From NCBI GenBank assembly GCA_045588835.1, contig JAZNEV010000075.1:7979-71978 (forward strand): a stretch of DNA of 64,000 nucleotides. Direction: 5' to 3'. The position numbers were made by a program, and so were the translations under genes. How positions within the stretch are numbered: position 1 is the first letter of the stretch; the number at the start of each line of letters is the position of its first letter. Under the pieces are notes generated by a model. The model ran no database searches. It was not told the origin of the DNA and saw only the letters and a program-made list of their open reading frames with translations. The stretch comes from Victivallaceae bacterium (GTDB lineage Bacteria > Verrucomicrobiota > Lentisphaeria > Victivallales > Victivallaceae). Positions 1 through 10,054 of this stretch are shown in pieces.

Positions 1-608
1 AGGAACTTTTCGGCAAAGTGGTACTGGTTGATGATATTGTGGATAATGAAAATGTGATTTCAGTATCCGTGAATAACCGGGATGCGGGGGAGAAGTGTGC
101 GGATTATCTCTGGGAAAAAGGGTGTCGTTCATTCGGTGTGATTACCTGTGGAGAAAAGCGTCAGGCACACATGCTCCGGATCGATGCATTCCGGAAACGG
201 ATATCGGAATTATCTTCCGGCAATGCTCCGGTTTCTTGTGCCAGTGCCGGAAACCGGTGGCACCTTGATTGCGGCGGAGTTGCAGTTTCCAGACTTCTGA
301 AGGAAAATAACGGCAGATTGCCTGAAGCGATATTGGGCAGTAATGACTTTTTTGCTTACGGTGCGGAGTTGGAATTACTGAAGCGGGGATTCAATATTCC
401 CGGAGATACCATGCTGCTCGGCATCGGTGAATGGAGTATGTCGGCAGTTGCTCCGGTGCCGATCACCACGCTGTCGATCGATCCGGGGGTGATCAGTGAC
501 AAATTGCTTTCTTTGTGGAAAACCTACCGTGATGGAAAAACATTTCCGCATGGCCCGGTATTTTTTGACGGGCAGTTTATCGAAAGAGAAAGTACTTTAA
601 GCAAATAA
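1..608 (+). CDS. LacI-family transcriptional regulator, effector-binding domain (5' end outside window)
   Basis: The frame is open to the window edge (ELFGKVVLVDD...). Periplasmic-binding-fold segments typical of LacI/PurR regulators are present (VISVSVNNRDAG, GSNDFFAYGA, TTLSID). Stop at 606-608. Confidence 0.8.
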   Translation, partial: ELFGKVVLVDDIVDNENVISVSVNNRDAGEKCADYLWEKGCRSFGVITCGEKRQAHMLRIDAFRKRISELSSGNAPVSCASAGNRWHLDCGGVAVSRLLKENNGRLPEAILGSNDFFAYGAELELLKRGFNIPGDTMLLGIGEWSMSAVAPVPITTLSIDPGVISDKLLSLWKTYRDGKTFPHGPVFFDGQFIERESTLSK

Positions 609-619
609 TTGCAGTGATG

Positions 620-647
620 TAGCCGCTGTTTTGATAAACAGCGGCTA
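620..647 (+). terminator. 12-bp perfect stem-loop after the LacI-family stop (terminator-like, no U-tract)
   Basis: TAGCCGCTGTTT-tgat-AAACAGCGGCTA at 620-631/636-647. No T-run follows, so it could instead be a protein-binding palindrome. Confidence 0.4.
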
Positions 648-686
648 ATACGATATAGTAAACAACCTTAAATGAAAGGGCAGTGT

Positions 687-1496
687 ATGAAAAAAGAAAA
701 AATTCTCTCCGGCCGGAGAGTGAAGCGGTCACGCTTCACTCTTATTGAACTACTCGTAGTCATTGCGATAATCGCTATTCTTGCGGCGATATTGCTTCCT
801 GCACTCAATTCGGCACGTCAGCGCGGCAAGGCTGCCAGTTGTGCTTCATCCCAGAAACAGATCGGCACTTACATGGCGATGTACAGCGATGCCTGCAATG
901 GCGAATTGCCGCTTTTGATTTGGGATGAATATTACAGTACATCAAAGGTGATTTTGCCTTTTTTGCTGTATAAGGCCGGGTATTGGAGTGTACAGGAAGG
1001 TGCGGCAATGATGAACCGTTGTCCGAGTGATCCGCATTACGGGGTGTATGATACCAATACAAACGAGGTGTATAGTATTCGCCGTCAATTTGGGGTCGGG
1101 TATACATATAATAACAGTTTTTCTTATAATTACATGAAAAATGGCGAAACTCCGCTGCCGGATAGCGACGGACATTCCGGAGAAAACGGCTGGGGGGTGT
1201 CGGTTTGGAATAAGAAAATATCATTGTTTCCTGCCAAAATGCGTAATCCATCCAATTTTCTGGTTATTTCAGAGGGGTATGCCAACTATGCAGTGTGGTG
1301 GACGCAGAATGCTACTGTAACCGGAGCCGGTCGCTGGGATGCCATTGGTCAGAATTCTTCCAAAAACGGGACCGGTTTGGCGAATTTGGCATTTCACTGG
1401 CACAATGGCCAGATCAATTCCACGATGGCTGACGGCCATGTGGAAAGTTTGACCAAAGCGGATTATTTGAGCAGATGGAATTTTACTGAAAATTGA
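687..1496 (+). CDS. Prepilin-like N-terminal domain protein of the H-X9-DG family
   Basis: N-terminus has [29 protein letters not shown]-terminus has H-x9-DG ([12 protein letters not shown]). ATG 687 is preceded by AAAGGG; the alternative ATG is 672. Confidence 0.9.
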   Translation: MKKEKILSGRRVKRSRFTLIELLVVIAIIAILAAILLPALNSARQRGKAASCASSQKQIGTYMAMYSDACNGELPLLIWDEYYSTSKVILPFLLYKAGYWSVQEGAAMMNRCPSDPHYGVYDTNTNEVYSIRRQFGVGYTYNNSFSYNYMKNGETPLPDSDGHSGENGWGVSVWNKKISLFPAKMRNPSNFLVISEGYANYAVWWTQNATVTGAGRWDAIGQNSSKNGTGLANLAFHWHNGQINSTMADGHVESLTKADYLSRWNFTEN

Positions 1497-1511
1497 TGTT
1501 GAGGGTATATA

Positions 1512-4289
1512 ATGAAAATAAAAGCTGTTTTTGCGGCGGTCGCAGTTTGCTGTTCAGTTTTTCCGGTAAAAGCTGCAGATAATATTCCGGAACCGAGAAG
1601 ATTGCAGATACCGGAAGAAAAGGTGGTATTTTACCGCTTGAATAAACCGCCGGTACTTGACGGAGATATTTCCGATGATGTCTGGGCCGGGGTTCCGGTT
1701 TTTACCGACTTCAAATTAACTCAGTTGGTCGGCCGGAAAAGGAATGGTGATCGCACGCCGCCGATGCGTACCGAAGCCAGATTGGGTTTTGACCGTCACA
1801 AAATGTATTTTGCTTTCCGCTGTTATGATCCGGATGCCAAAGCTCTGCTGCCGGGAACCAAACCTGAAGGTTGGGAAAGAGATCATATGACGATGTTTTT
1901 TGCTCCCCGCCGGCCTGACAGCAATATGCAGCAGGCTACCTACTATGCCAACGGAGTCAAACATCTTTCCTACCGCGGACAGACCCCGGAAACTCCATTC
2001 CGTGCCACTTGGGGGCATATGCGTTGTGCGGTGCGTTTTTACGACGGCTACTGGCAGATGGAAGCGGAAGTACCTTTTGCCAATTTGAAATTCAATCCGG
2101 AAAAAGATCGCGGTATGCGTGGGCAGATCGCCCGGGAAATGTCCAGAGTTCAACCTGAAGCCGTATGTGCCATGGCCGGGGATGCATTTTTCAACATGTT
2201 TGAAAACAATGCTTTCCGGGATTTTGAATATACCAGTTTCCCGTTGCATGTCCGGTTGGAAAATCCGTCACAGCCTTTGCATCCTGGGCGTAATCAGGTC
2301 AGAGTGATTTTGCGCAACAACTCATCTGTTACCAGGCCAGGCAGAGTGGAAATTGTCAATGAGGGCCCGCAGAAACGTTACAACCGTTCCGGTTTGCATA
2401 ATGTCCGTCCCGGTCAGGAAATCGTGCTTACGATGAATATCGATGTGCAGGCTCAGGATACCGGTATTTCACTGTTTGCCCGTTCCAAAGAGGGCTATGT
2501 CCATTATAATTCCGGGGTGATTCTTTTTGAAAATCCGTCGGTAAGTGTCCGTACCGGCAGATTGTTGCAGATGTTTCAGCAGATCGGCGTCAATTCGCCG
2601 GTGATCGCGGCGTGGCGGAGTGAATTGGCTGCCATTCCAGAAACTCAGAGTGCCGAAGAGTGGGCAAGACTCAATGAAAGATTTACCGAATTGGAAGATG
2701 CCGCGACCAACTGGCTTATCGGCAAACAGCGGGAGTCTGTTTTTCAGGCGGATAACAATTTTTTTGTAACGATTTTTTCTTCACTGGAAAAAGTTCGTGA
2801 ATTGCGGCGGCTTTCGGCCCGCCGGCCCAGTGTCAATACGATCGTGCTTAATGGTGCTGCCGGAGAGACGGTCAATTTCCAGACGGCGGCGGTCGCCATC
2901 GGAGATCAGGAAGTTGCGATCCAGACGGTGACTGCATCCGGCGGATTTACGGCCAGGATCTTCCGGGTGGATGAAGTTGAAAGCAATCAATTTGGTATCT
3001 GGCCGGATAAATTGAGTTGCCGGATCCCCCGCACGCTCTCTCCGCAGCGGCGAATCGGGTTGTGGTGGGTATCCATCTCCATTCCCCGAAATGCTCAAGC
3101 CGGCAGTTATACCGGTAAAATCAAGGTCACAACTGCCGATGGCAGTGAAATTGAAGTGCCATATACGATCAATATCCGTAACTTTACTTTGCCGCAACGT
3201 TCTGCCAGATTGGAAAATCTGGCACAGATCGCCCCGGTGATGGCCACGGAGGCCACCGGAGCATCTTTTGAGGAATGCTGCCGGATGCTTTCCGCTCTGG
3301 CCATGGAGTATGGTTTGACTCCGATCATCAGTCCTGAAGGTGCCCGGAGAATGGGCAAAAGGGATTGGAAACTTTATGAGAATTTCCGGGAGATCGCCGA
3401 AAGGACCGGCGTACTGGTATTGCCGTCATTGCCGTGGTTTCATGAGGTAGACCGTTATTTGCAAGACTTTGCCGAAGTTCAGGATAAAGGTAAAACCCGT
3501 ACTGACTTTCTCAACGAAATTATTGCCGACTATGATGAAGCACTGGCCCAAATCAGAGCTGCCGGTTTGGTTGATAACACCTACATTTATTACGACGAGG
3601 TGGATCGGGAACAAAAAGATGTTTTGGAATATCTTATCGGTCTCAAAGAACGTACCGGATTTAAGTTGATCACCTGTTTTGATAAATCATTTTCCGGTTA
3701 CGATTATGTGAAATACTATGCTGAACCGGTGGATATGCTCTTTTTCAACAGCAGTTTTTTCATTGATCCCCGGTGGTTGGAGCAGTTGCAGGATCTGCAG
3801 AGAAACGGTAAAAAGATCGGCTGGTATTTGAATATACAAAACGGCTTTCCTACTTTCAACCGGATCCCGGTCGAAGCGATCGTGCATCGTATGCACTATT
3901 TCAAAGCGTACCGTTACAAAGTTGATGCAACTTTGCTTTGGAGTTTGAATTGGTACAGCGAGCAGCAGTTGGATCGTCAGCCCATGCCTCTGGTACCGGG
4001 CAGCGGCAATGGTTGTCTTACCTATCCGGAGGATGGGAAAATCGTGCCGAGCATCCGTCTGGAATTGCTCCGGGAAAGTTTGCAGGATTATTTGTATCTG
4101 GAAATGCTTGAAACTCTGGTCGCAGAATTTCCCGATACTCCGGAAGCGGCACAGGGCAGGGAGTTGCTCCAGTTGCGCTGGATCGGTGAAAATCTGACCG
4201 ATCTGCCGGCAAATGGCAATGAATTGCTCCGTCAGCGTGAATTGATCGCCGGCTGTGTTGAAAAATTGCAGGCATATAAACGTAAATAA
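1512..4289 (+). CDS. Secreted 925-aa glycosidase-like protein (CBM9/DOMON-like N-domain, DUF4091/GH123-like C-region)
   Basis: Signal peptide MKIKAVFAAVAVCCSVFPVKA. PVLDGDISDDVWAGVP is a CBM9-like motif. The C-terminal LWSLNWY...GNGCLTYPEDG...IRLELLRESLQDY resembles DUF4091. GAGGG RBS; 15-nt gap from the upstream gene. Confidence 0.75.
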   Translation: MKIKAVFAAVAVCCSVFPVKAADNIPEPRRLQIPEEKVVFYRLNKPPVLDGDISDDVWAGVPVFTDFKLTQLVGRKRNGDRTPPMRTEARLGFDRHKMYFAFRCYDPDAKALLPGTKPEGWERDHMTMFFAPRRPDSNMQQATYYANGVKHLSYRGQTPETPFRATWGHMRCAVRFYDGYWQMEAEVPFANLKFNPEKDRGMRGQIAREMSRVQPEAVCAMAGDAFFNMFENNAFRDFEYTSFPLHVRLENPSQPLHPGRNQVRVILRNNSSVTRPGRVEIVNEGPQKRYNRSGLHNVRPGQEIVLTMNIDVQAQDTGISLFARSKEGYVHYNSGVILFENPSVSVRTGRLLQMFQQIGVNSPVIAAWRSELAAIPETQSAEEWARLNERFTELEDAATNWLIGKQRESVFQADNNFFVTIFSSLEKVRELRRLSARRPSVNTIVLNGAAGETVNFQTAAVAIGDQEVAIQTVTASGGFTARIFRVDEVESNQFGIWPDKLSCRIPRTLSPQRRIGLWWVSISIPRNAQAGSYTGKIKVTTADGSEIEVPYTINIRNFTLPQRSARLENLAQIAPVMATEATGASFEECCRMLSALAMEYGLTPIISPEGARRMGKRDWKLYENFREIAERTGVLVLPSLPWFHEVDRYLQDFAEVQDKGKTRTDFLNEIIADYDEALAQIRAAGLVDNTYIYYDEVDREQKDVLEYLIGLKERTGFKLITCFDKSFSGYDYVKYYAEPVDMLFFNSSFFIDPRWLEQLQDLQRNGKKIGWYLNIQNGFPTFNRIPVEAIVHRMHYFKAYRYKVDATLLWSLNWYSEQQLDRQPMPLVPGSGNGCLTYPEDGKIVPSIRLELLRESLQDYLYLEMLETLVAEFPDTPEAAQGRELLQLRWIGENLTDLPANGNELLRQRELIAGCVEKLQAYKRK

Positions 4290-4310
4290 AAATCAGTATT
4301 GAAATTATCC

Positions 4311-4355
4311 GGCTGCTGCAAAAACTTGAAAAAGTTGAGTGGCGGCCTTTTTTTT
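4311..4355 (+). terminator. Rho-independent terminator after the 925-aa gene
   Basis: GGCUGCUGC...GUGGCGGCC stem (G-U wobbles allowed) with an inner AACTT/AAGTT pairing, followed by T8 (4348-4355). Confidence 0.55.
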
Positions 4356-4388
4356 GGCTTTGACAAGATTGTGGATATAACGCTTTTT

Positions 4389-5186
4389 TTACTGTTCCCG
4401 GATTTCGCCGGGCAGTTTCCCCAGTTTTTTGCGGCACACTTTGGAAAAGTAACCGGCATCTTTGAATCCGCTGGCATCGGCGATCTCCTGGATCGTTCTG
4501 GTGGTGGAGAGCAGGAGTTTTACTGCATATTCCAGACGGCAGTTTGTAATATACTCTTTGGGTGAGACGCGTTTGTACTGTTTGATCACCCGGAAAAGGG
4601 TGGTACGGTGGATATCGCATAATTCAGCGGCATTTTCCACAGAAAACTCCGGATCGGAAAAATTCTTTTTTACATAAAACTCAAACTTGTCAATGATACT
4701 GTTTATTTTGTCAAATTCTCCGGGGTTCTTGGAGTGCAGGATGATATCGTAGGCGAGGGCGGAACAGAGCAATTCTGATTCAAGGGTTTCATTTTGAATA
4801 TTATTGCACAGTTTCAGGAATTTTTCCACCGGGCAGCTTCCGGCATGATGGGCTGACCGCTCCAGATCGAATAATTTTATCAGAGCCGGTGAAGATTCTT
4901 TATCCACGGTCAGCCAGAAAAAATCTGCATTTTTTCCGGAAACGACGACATCGTGATAGTCACCGGGAAAGTGGTAGCAGACATCATCGGTTTTCAATAC
5001 GAAGTCGCCTTCCGGATGGTGAAATGTCAATTCCCCTTTCACGCACCAGTACAACTGGATGAAATCTTTGATTTCGTGCATGTCGCTCCAGCCGTTTTCC
5101 TTGATATAATGACCGCATGAACGAACTTTAAGCAGTGAATTTATTCTGCCTTTGGTAAATGGCCGGTAAAAATATTCGGTAAGCAT
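4389..5186 (-). CDS. AraC-family transcriptional regulator (cupin-like sensor + HTH)
   Basis: C-terminal double HTH (VENAAELCDIHRTTLFRVIKQY...IQEIADASGFKDAGYFSKVCRKKLG). Divergent from the second pilin-like gene. Confidence 0.9.
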   Translation of the reverse strand: MLTEYFYRPFTKGRINSLLKVRSCGHYIKENGWSDMHEIKDFIQLYWCVKGELTFHHPEGDFVLKTDDVCYHFPGDYHDVVVSGKNADFFWLTVDKESSPALIKLFDLERSAHHAGSCPVEKFLKLCNNIQNETLESELLCSALAYDIILHSKNPGEFDKINSIIDKFEFYVKKNFSDPEFSVENAAELCDIHRTTLFRVIKQYKRVSPKEYITNCRLEYAVKLLLSTTRTIQEIADASGFKDAGYFSKVCRKKLGKLPGEIREQ

Positions 5187-5326
5187 GATCCCTCCTGCAA
5201 CAAAACTTCTAAATAAAATACATTTGTTCTATTGTTTTGTCAAGTGATTTTGCGTATATTTTTAACGGATACGGTCAGGCTATATTGCCTAAAAGAGAAC
5301 AAAACAAAAAAGAAAGTGAGAAAATT

Positions 5327-6064
5327 ATGAAAAGCATCCGCCATAGCGGAGTAAAGCAGCACTGCTTTACTCTTATTGAACTTCTTGTTGTCATCGCAAT
5401 TATCGCCATTTTGGCGGCGATTTTGCTTCCGGCATTGAATTCTGCCCGTGAACGCGGCCGTGCGGCAAGCTGTATCAACAATCAGAAGCAGATTGGTACC
5501 AAAACAGCCATGTATATGGATGCTTATGATGGGTATATTCCCTCTCACAGTACCAGCGATACATGGGCTAAAATTACGAAGTCCAACTATGCATATTTGT
5601 TGGAAAAAATGGAAGGAGCTACCGGCACGACAAAAGTTCCGGAAATTTATTATTGTCCGACCGACTATGTGAACCGGGCGGAGATCGGCACCAAAACATT
5701 TGGAGATGCTTACTGTGCCCACTCTACTTACATTTGGAATATCAACAACGGCTGGATGAATTCCGGCGGTACGGTTCATGTTCCGCGCAAAATCAATGAA
5801 TTTCTTTATCCTTCGTCATACGTTATGCTTGGTGAGCCGGATATGGAAAACGTCAATGTGCTGGTCTATTTTCAATGGGAAAATGAAGCAACAAGCAAAT
5901 GTTTGAAGTTGCAGAAACATGGCAACGCTGCCAATTATCTGCATCTTGATGGCGGCAGCCGTGCTGTCCAGATCAGTGAAAGTGAGCGTGGAAGTACTAC
6001 CGGCAGTTTCCTTCAGATGTTCTACCCCAATGGTCAGAGTACCTTTGATTGGAGTGTACGCTGA
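5327..6064 (+). CDS. Prepilin-like N-terminal domain protein of the H-X9-DG family (second copy)
   Basis: [32 protein letters not shown] and C-terminal [15 protein letters not shown] 5327 lies behind AAGTGAG. The longer ORF from 5237 lacks any signal-like start. Confidence 0.9.
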   Translation: MKSIRHSGVKQHCFTLIELLVVIAIIAILAAILLPALNSARERGRAASCINNQKQIGTKTAMYMDAYDGYIPSHSTSDTWAKITKSNYAYLLEKMEGATGTTKVPEIYYCPTDYVNRAEIGTKTFGDAYCAHSTYIWNINNGWMNSGGTVHVPRKINEFLYPSSYVMLGEPDMENVNVLVYFQWENEATSKCLKLQKHGNAANYLHLDGGSRAVQISESERGSTTGSFLQMFYPNGQSTFDWSVR

Positions 6065-6091
6065 TATTTTTTACGGACAAGGTTTGAGAGT

Positions 6092-7669
6092 ATGAGAAAA
6101 GTTACGGTATTGATGGTTTTACTGGCCTGTTTTTTCAGTGCGGCGGCCGCAGAAGATGTGAAATTTATCGAAATAGGGTGGGATTTTCTCACGTCTGACA
6201 GTTTCGCAACCAATATTGCAACTGTGACCGCTTCTCCGATGGATGGTGCCGGAGTGCAGATGGTTGGAGTCAATGAGAATAACGAGAGTTATTATCTTAC
6301 CTGGGTCCATATGGATGCTCTCAAACCTTTTGAGCATTTCTCAAGAGCGATCGCCCGGTTGCGGGCCTTGAATTCCCCCAAGGTCGCCAACAGTTTCGTG
6401 CAGGTCGGTATCAATCCCGGCCGGATCGATATTTTTGACGATGCGGCATGGGAAAAGGTGGTTCAAAACTATCGTACCGCCGCACGGGTGGCCAAGGCCG
6501 CCGGGATGCGGGGGATCATGCTCGATCCGGAAGCGTATGTCGCCGGAGCCAATCAATTCGGCTATTCCCATCAGCCGCAGAAGGCACAGCACACTTACGC
6601 CGAGTATCTGGTAAAGACCCGCCAGCGGGGCAGAGCGGTGATGGAAGCCATCGCCGCTGAATATCCGGATATGGATCTGCTGATCCTCTATATGTATTGT
6701 TTCAACTACCGTGACCACCGTCCCGGTGCGGAAAGCCGCAATACGCTCAACAGTTTCACCGCCGCTTTCTTTGACGGTATGCTTGAGGCGGCTCCGGAAA
6801 CAATGAATATCTTTGACGGTCAGGAAAGCAGTTATGATTTCAATTCGCCATTGGATTTCGCTTACGGCAGGATCCTTTCCCAGCAGGGAGTTCTGCCGTA
6901 TGTCGCTCCGGAATTGCGGAATAAATATCAGGCAATGGTCAAGTACGCTCCGGCGATCTATCTCGACCTTTATCTGCCGTCAGTTTCCTCACATCACGAC
7001 TTCAAGGGTATGAGCCCTGCGGTACGTTTGCTGGTGAATCTGATGGCGGCCCGCCGGGTGAGTGACGGTTACATCTGGGTTTACGGGGAGCGTTACCGCT
7101 GGTGGCCCACCCATCAGAAAAATGTATCAGCACAATATTGGCGCGAGGCGATCCCCGGTTGTGAAACGGCATTCAATATTGCCCGCAATCCGGAAACTTT
7201 CGCTCACGATCTGATTCGCAATGGTCAAGTGCCATCCGGTGAAAATCTGATCGCCGCCTGGCAGCAGTTTGAGAAGTATCACCGTCCTTCGTGGCAGGAT
7301 GCCGGGGCTGTTACTGTTTCCAACAATACTTTGGTGATAAGAAAAGCATGGGGCAAAGCCGGAGCATTGTATAAATTCAGTGTTAACCCCGGAGACATCT
7401 TCTTCGTTTCAGCCGTCGTCAGCAAGTGCGGTTTGGGTTATCCGGCGATCCGGGTGATCTTCAAAAACGGTAATAAACCGCTTTACTCTCTTTTTGGAGC
7501 AGATGAGTTGATCACCCGTGTGGTCGATGGCAGACTTGCTTCAATGGTCGTGGTTCCCGATGGTGCCGATGGCATGGAGATCATCTTTGCCGGAGAAGCA
7601 CAGGATATCAGTTCTGCCAGCGGCAGAATCTTTTTCAATAACATGGTCGTAAAGCGTTTTGGATTGTGA
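6092..7669 (+). CDS. Secreted hypothetical protein, 525 aa (possible glycan-active enzyme, family not recognised)
   Basis: Signal peptide MRKVTVLMVLLACFFSAAAA. Long ORF with uniform coding character. Same operon as the pilin-like gene (27-nt gap). Confidence 0.75.
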   Translation: MRKVTVLMVLLACFFSAAAAEDVKFIEIGWDFLTSDSFATNIATVTASPMDGAGVQMVGVNENNESYYLTWVHMDALKPFEHFSRAIARLRALNSPKVANSFVQVGINPGRIDIFDDAAWEKVVQNYRTAARVAKAAGMRGIMLDPEAYVAGANQFGYSHQPQKAQHTYAEYLVKTRQRGRAVMEAIAAEYPDMDLLILYMYCFNYRDHRPGAESRNTLNSFTAAFFDGMLEAAPETMNIFDGQESSYDFNSPLDFAYGRILSQQGVLPYVAPELRNKYQAMVKYAPAIYLDLYLPSVSSHHDFKGMSPAVRLLVNLMAARRVSDGYIWVYGERYRWWPTHQKNVSAQYWREAIPGCETAFNIARNPETFAHDLIRNGQVPSGENLIAAWQQFEKYHRPSWQDAGAVTVSNNTLVIRKAWGKAGALYKFSVNPGDIFFVSAVVSKCGLGYPAIRVIFKNGNKPLYSLFGADELITRVVDGRLASMVVVPDGADGMEIIFAGEAQDISSASGRIFFNNMVVKRFGL

Positions 7670-7670
7670 A

Positions 7671-9998
7671 ATGTGGAAAAATGTGTTACTGGTTTGTTGT
7701 TTGAGTTTTTTTTCAGTTGTGGCAGGAGGCGATATGATCGGGTTTGATAATGTTGAAAATTTGAATTATCTGGAACTTGAACAGTACCGCTTGCACCACG
7801 GCGTGAAGCCGCGCTCAATCCATTTCCCTTTGAATCTGCCTTACCGGCAGGCTCTGGTTTTCAACGATTGTGCCTTTAACGTATACAGTCTGCCGGTGCC
7901 GCCGGATCTCAATGCCAAAGAGATAAAAACCTGGCAGCAGGTGCGTGATATACGTTTGCAGATGGTCAGTTTCTTTTTCGGCAGAGAGCCTTTCATTCCT
8001 GATTTCCGGCAGAGCGTGTGGAGCCGTATCGACGGCAGATATCCCATGAGCAGGGGGGAATTATCCGCCTGGCAGTTGAAATATACTTTGGAGTATTGCA
8101 CTGATCCGGCAAGCGGTATAACCTATGTGCGGGTCACCGTGAGCAATGAGAGTGATACGGCTTTGGATGGCGTGGTGCGGCTTCTGGCTTCTGAACCCAA
8201 AGAAACCGGGATTTTTGATTACCACTATTGTCCTTTCCGCTGGGATAACCGGCGTCTGGATAAGTTGACGGTTTCTGACAAACTGCCGGAAATCGCTGCC
8301 AATGACGGTTTTGCCGTGGATATGAATGACAGTTTTTCTTTCAAAGTGGAAGATTTCAATACCCGTTTCGGTTGTTCCCGTCCTTATGTCGCCACTCCGG
8401 AAATGCTGGTGCTTAAAGGTGAAAGATTCATTAAATTTTCCCGTGAACTTGCCCCCGGCGAGAGTGCTTCCTTTACCATTGCCATCCGTTTTGACGGCAG
8501 TACCGATGCGGCGGTAAAAGACGATTTTGATGCGGTTTGTGCCGATGCAAAAGCATATTGGGATGGCATTTCCGGCGGTACATCGGCTGCTTTGGGCAGT
8601 GACGGTGTTACTGACAGTTTTTATGCGGTTCAATGGAATAATCTGCAACTGCTTTTGGAAGTGGATAGCATCAGATTGGGCGGCAGAGTCTGTCAACCCT
8701 GTCAGGGCGGCAGTTCCGAGCGGTTCTTTGTCTGGACATGGGAAGCCGTGGAATCCATGCGTCCGATGATCAAACTCGGTTATTTTGAGGCGGTGAAAAA
8801 GGTTTTGGATTTCATTTTCCGTTTGCAAAACGGCGGTTACCCACCGGAAGGCGAATTTACTTCATTGCATGGGGCCATCGGTACCACCGGGCCGCGCTGG
8901 GCAAATACCACCGGGGCGGCGTTGCAATTGGCCGCGGAATACGCCATGTGCAGCAACGATCAGGAGTTTATCCGGGAATACACCCCGAAAATTCTTCTTG
9001 CCGCCCGCTGGATTTTAGGTGAGGTCAAAGCCACGCAGAAATATAACCCGGATGGTTCAAAGGCAGTCGGTTTCGGTGTCATGCCGGTTGCGGTTGCCAG
9101 TGATGGGGACCGGGGACGGATTCTGACCATGACTGATGTCGTCAGTTTGCAGGGGGTCTTGGCTGCCGCAAAATTTCTGGAAAGCATCAACGCCCCGGAA
9201 TATGCGGAAATTGCTGCCGGAGCAGAGGAGTACCGGCGGAATCTGCTGGCGGCGGTCACCGCTTTGAGCCGGGGCGACGGATATATCAGCCGCCGCATAC
9301 CATCTGCCGGTGAAAATATCGCAGCGTCTTTTGAAAAGGCATTCGGTGCAGTGTGGTATCTGGATGTTTTTGATCCGCGTGACCCGGGATTTACTCAAGT
9401 TGTTCCCTATGCCGAAACGCACTCATTTGCCGGTCGTTTCTGTTCACCGCTTTTTGACCGTATATATTATATCGGCAATACTGAATTGCAGATGTTCAAA
9501 AACTATTTAAAGTTGGGTGAATGGAAAAAGGCATTACTTGCCGCCGGAACATTCCGCAGTTGTGCCATGACTCCGGATCTTTATCTGCTGCAGGAGCGTT
9601 ACAGCGAGGTAAGTGATGTTTTCACGCCGTGGCAGCCCAATGCCAGCAATAACGGCCGTTATCTTGAATTGCTGATCAGCGGGTTGTATTTTGAGGATCG
9701 GGATGATCAATTTATTCTGGCCGGCGGTATCGCTCCGGCGGAGTTCGCTTCCGGCAGGGAATTCACCTTGGATCCATTGCATACCACCGGCGGCAAAGTG
9801 CAGTTTTCCATAAAAGACGGGATTTTGTCGCTTAAACGCGATCGGGCTTTTGTCAAAGGCAGCAGATTACGTTTGCCGGAATATTTCCGCTTTGTGCCTG
9901 ACGGTAATGCCCTGAAAATTCTGCCGGATAATACCTTTGAAGTCTTGCAGGATATCAATGCGTTTACCGGTAAGATAACTTTGCAGAATTTGTTTTAA
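7671..9998 (+). CDS. Secreted hypothetical protein, about 775 aa, with (alpha/alpha)6-barrel-like central region
   Basis: ATG 7671 starts 1 nt after the upstream stop (the TTG at 7659 is the alternative). N-terminal hydrophobic signal MWKNVLLVCCLSFFSVVAGG. WEAVESMRPMIKLGYFEAVKKVLDFIFRLQ...GAALQLAAEY looks like a six-hairpin glycosidase. Confidence 0.7.
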   Translation: MWKNVLLVCCLSFFSVVAGGDMIGFDNVENLNYLELEQYRLHHGVKPRSIHFPLNLPYRQALVFNDCAFNVYSLPVPPDLNAKEIKTWQQVRDIRLQMVSFFFGREPFIPDFRQSVWSRIDGRYPMSRGELSAWQLKYTLEYCTDPASGITYVRVTVSNESDTALDGVVRLLASEPKETGIFDYHYCPFRWDNRRLDKLTVSDKLPEIAANDGFAVDMNDSFSFKVEDFNTRFGCSRPYVATPEMLVLKGERFIKFSRELAPGESASFTIAIRFDGSTDAAVKDDFDAVCADAKAYWDGISGGTSAALGSDGVTDSFYAVQWNNLQLLLEVDSIRLGGRVCQPCQGGSSERFFVWTWEAVESMRPMIKLGYFEAVKKVLDFIFRLQNGGYPPEGEFTSLHGAIGTTGPRWANTTGAALQLAAEYAMCSNDQEFIREYTPKILLAARWILGEVKATQKYNPDGSKAVGFGVMPVAVASDGDRGRILTMTDVVSLQGVLAAAKFLESINAPEYAEIAAGAEEYRRNLLAAVTALSRGDGYISRRIPSAGENIAASFEKAFGAVWYLDVFDPRDPGFTQVVPYAETHSFAGRFCSPLFDRIYYIGNTELQMFKNYLKLGEWKKALLAAGTFRSCAMTPDLYLLQERYSEVSDVFTPWQPNASNNGRYLELLISGLYFEDRDDQFILAGGIAPAEFASGREFTLDPLHTTGGKVQFSIKDGILSLKRDRAFVKGSRLRLPEYFRFVPDGNALKILPDNTFEVLQDINAFTGKITLQNLF

Positions 9999-10054
9999 GC
10001 AATCAAAACCATTTGTTCTGCCGGTGGTTTTGATAATACATCTTCAGGTCAATA

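Noticed and set aside
5237-5326. N-terminal 30-codon extension of the second pilin-like ORF
   Set aside because: The extension overlaps the divergent promoter region and has no signal-like features. The internal ATG at 5327 has an RBS-like AAGTGAG and gives an N-terminus parallel to the first paralog.
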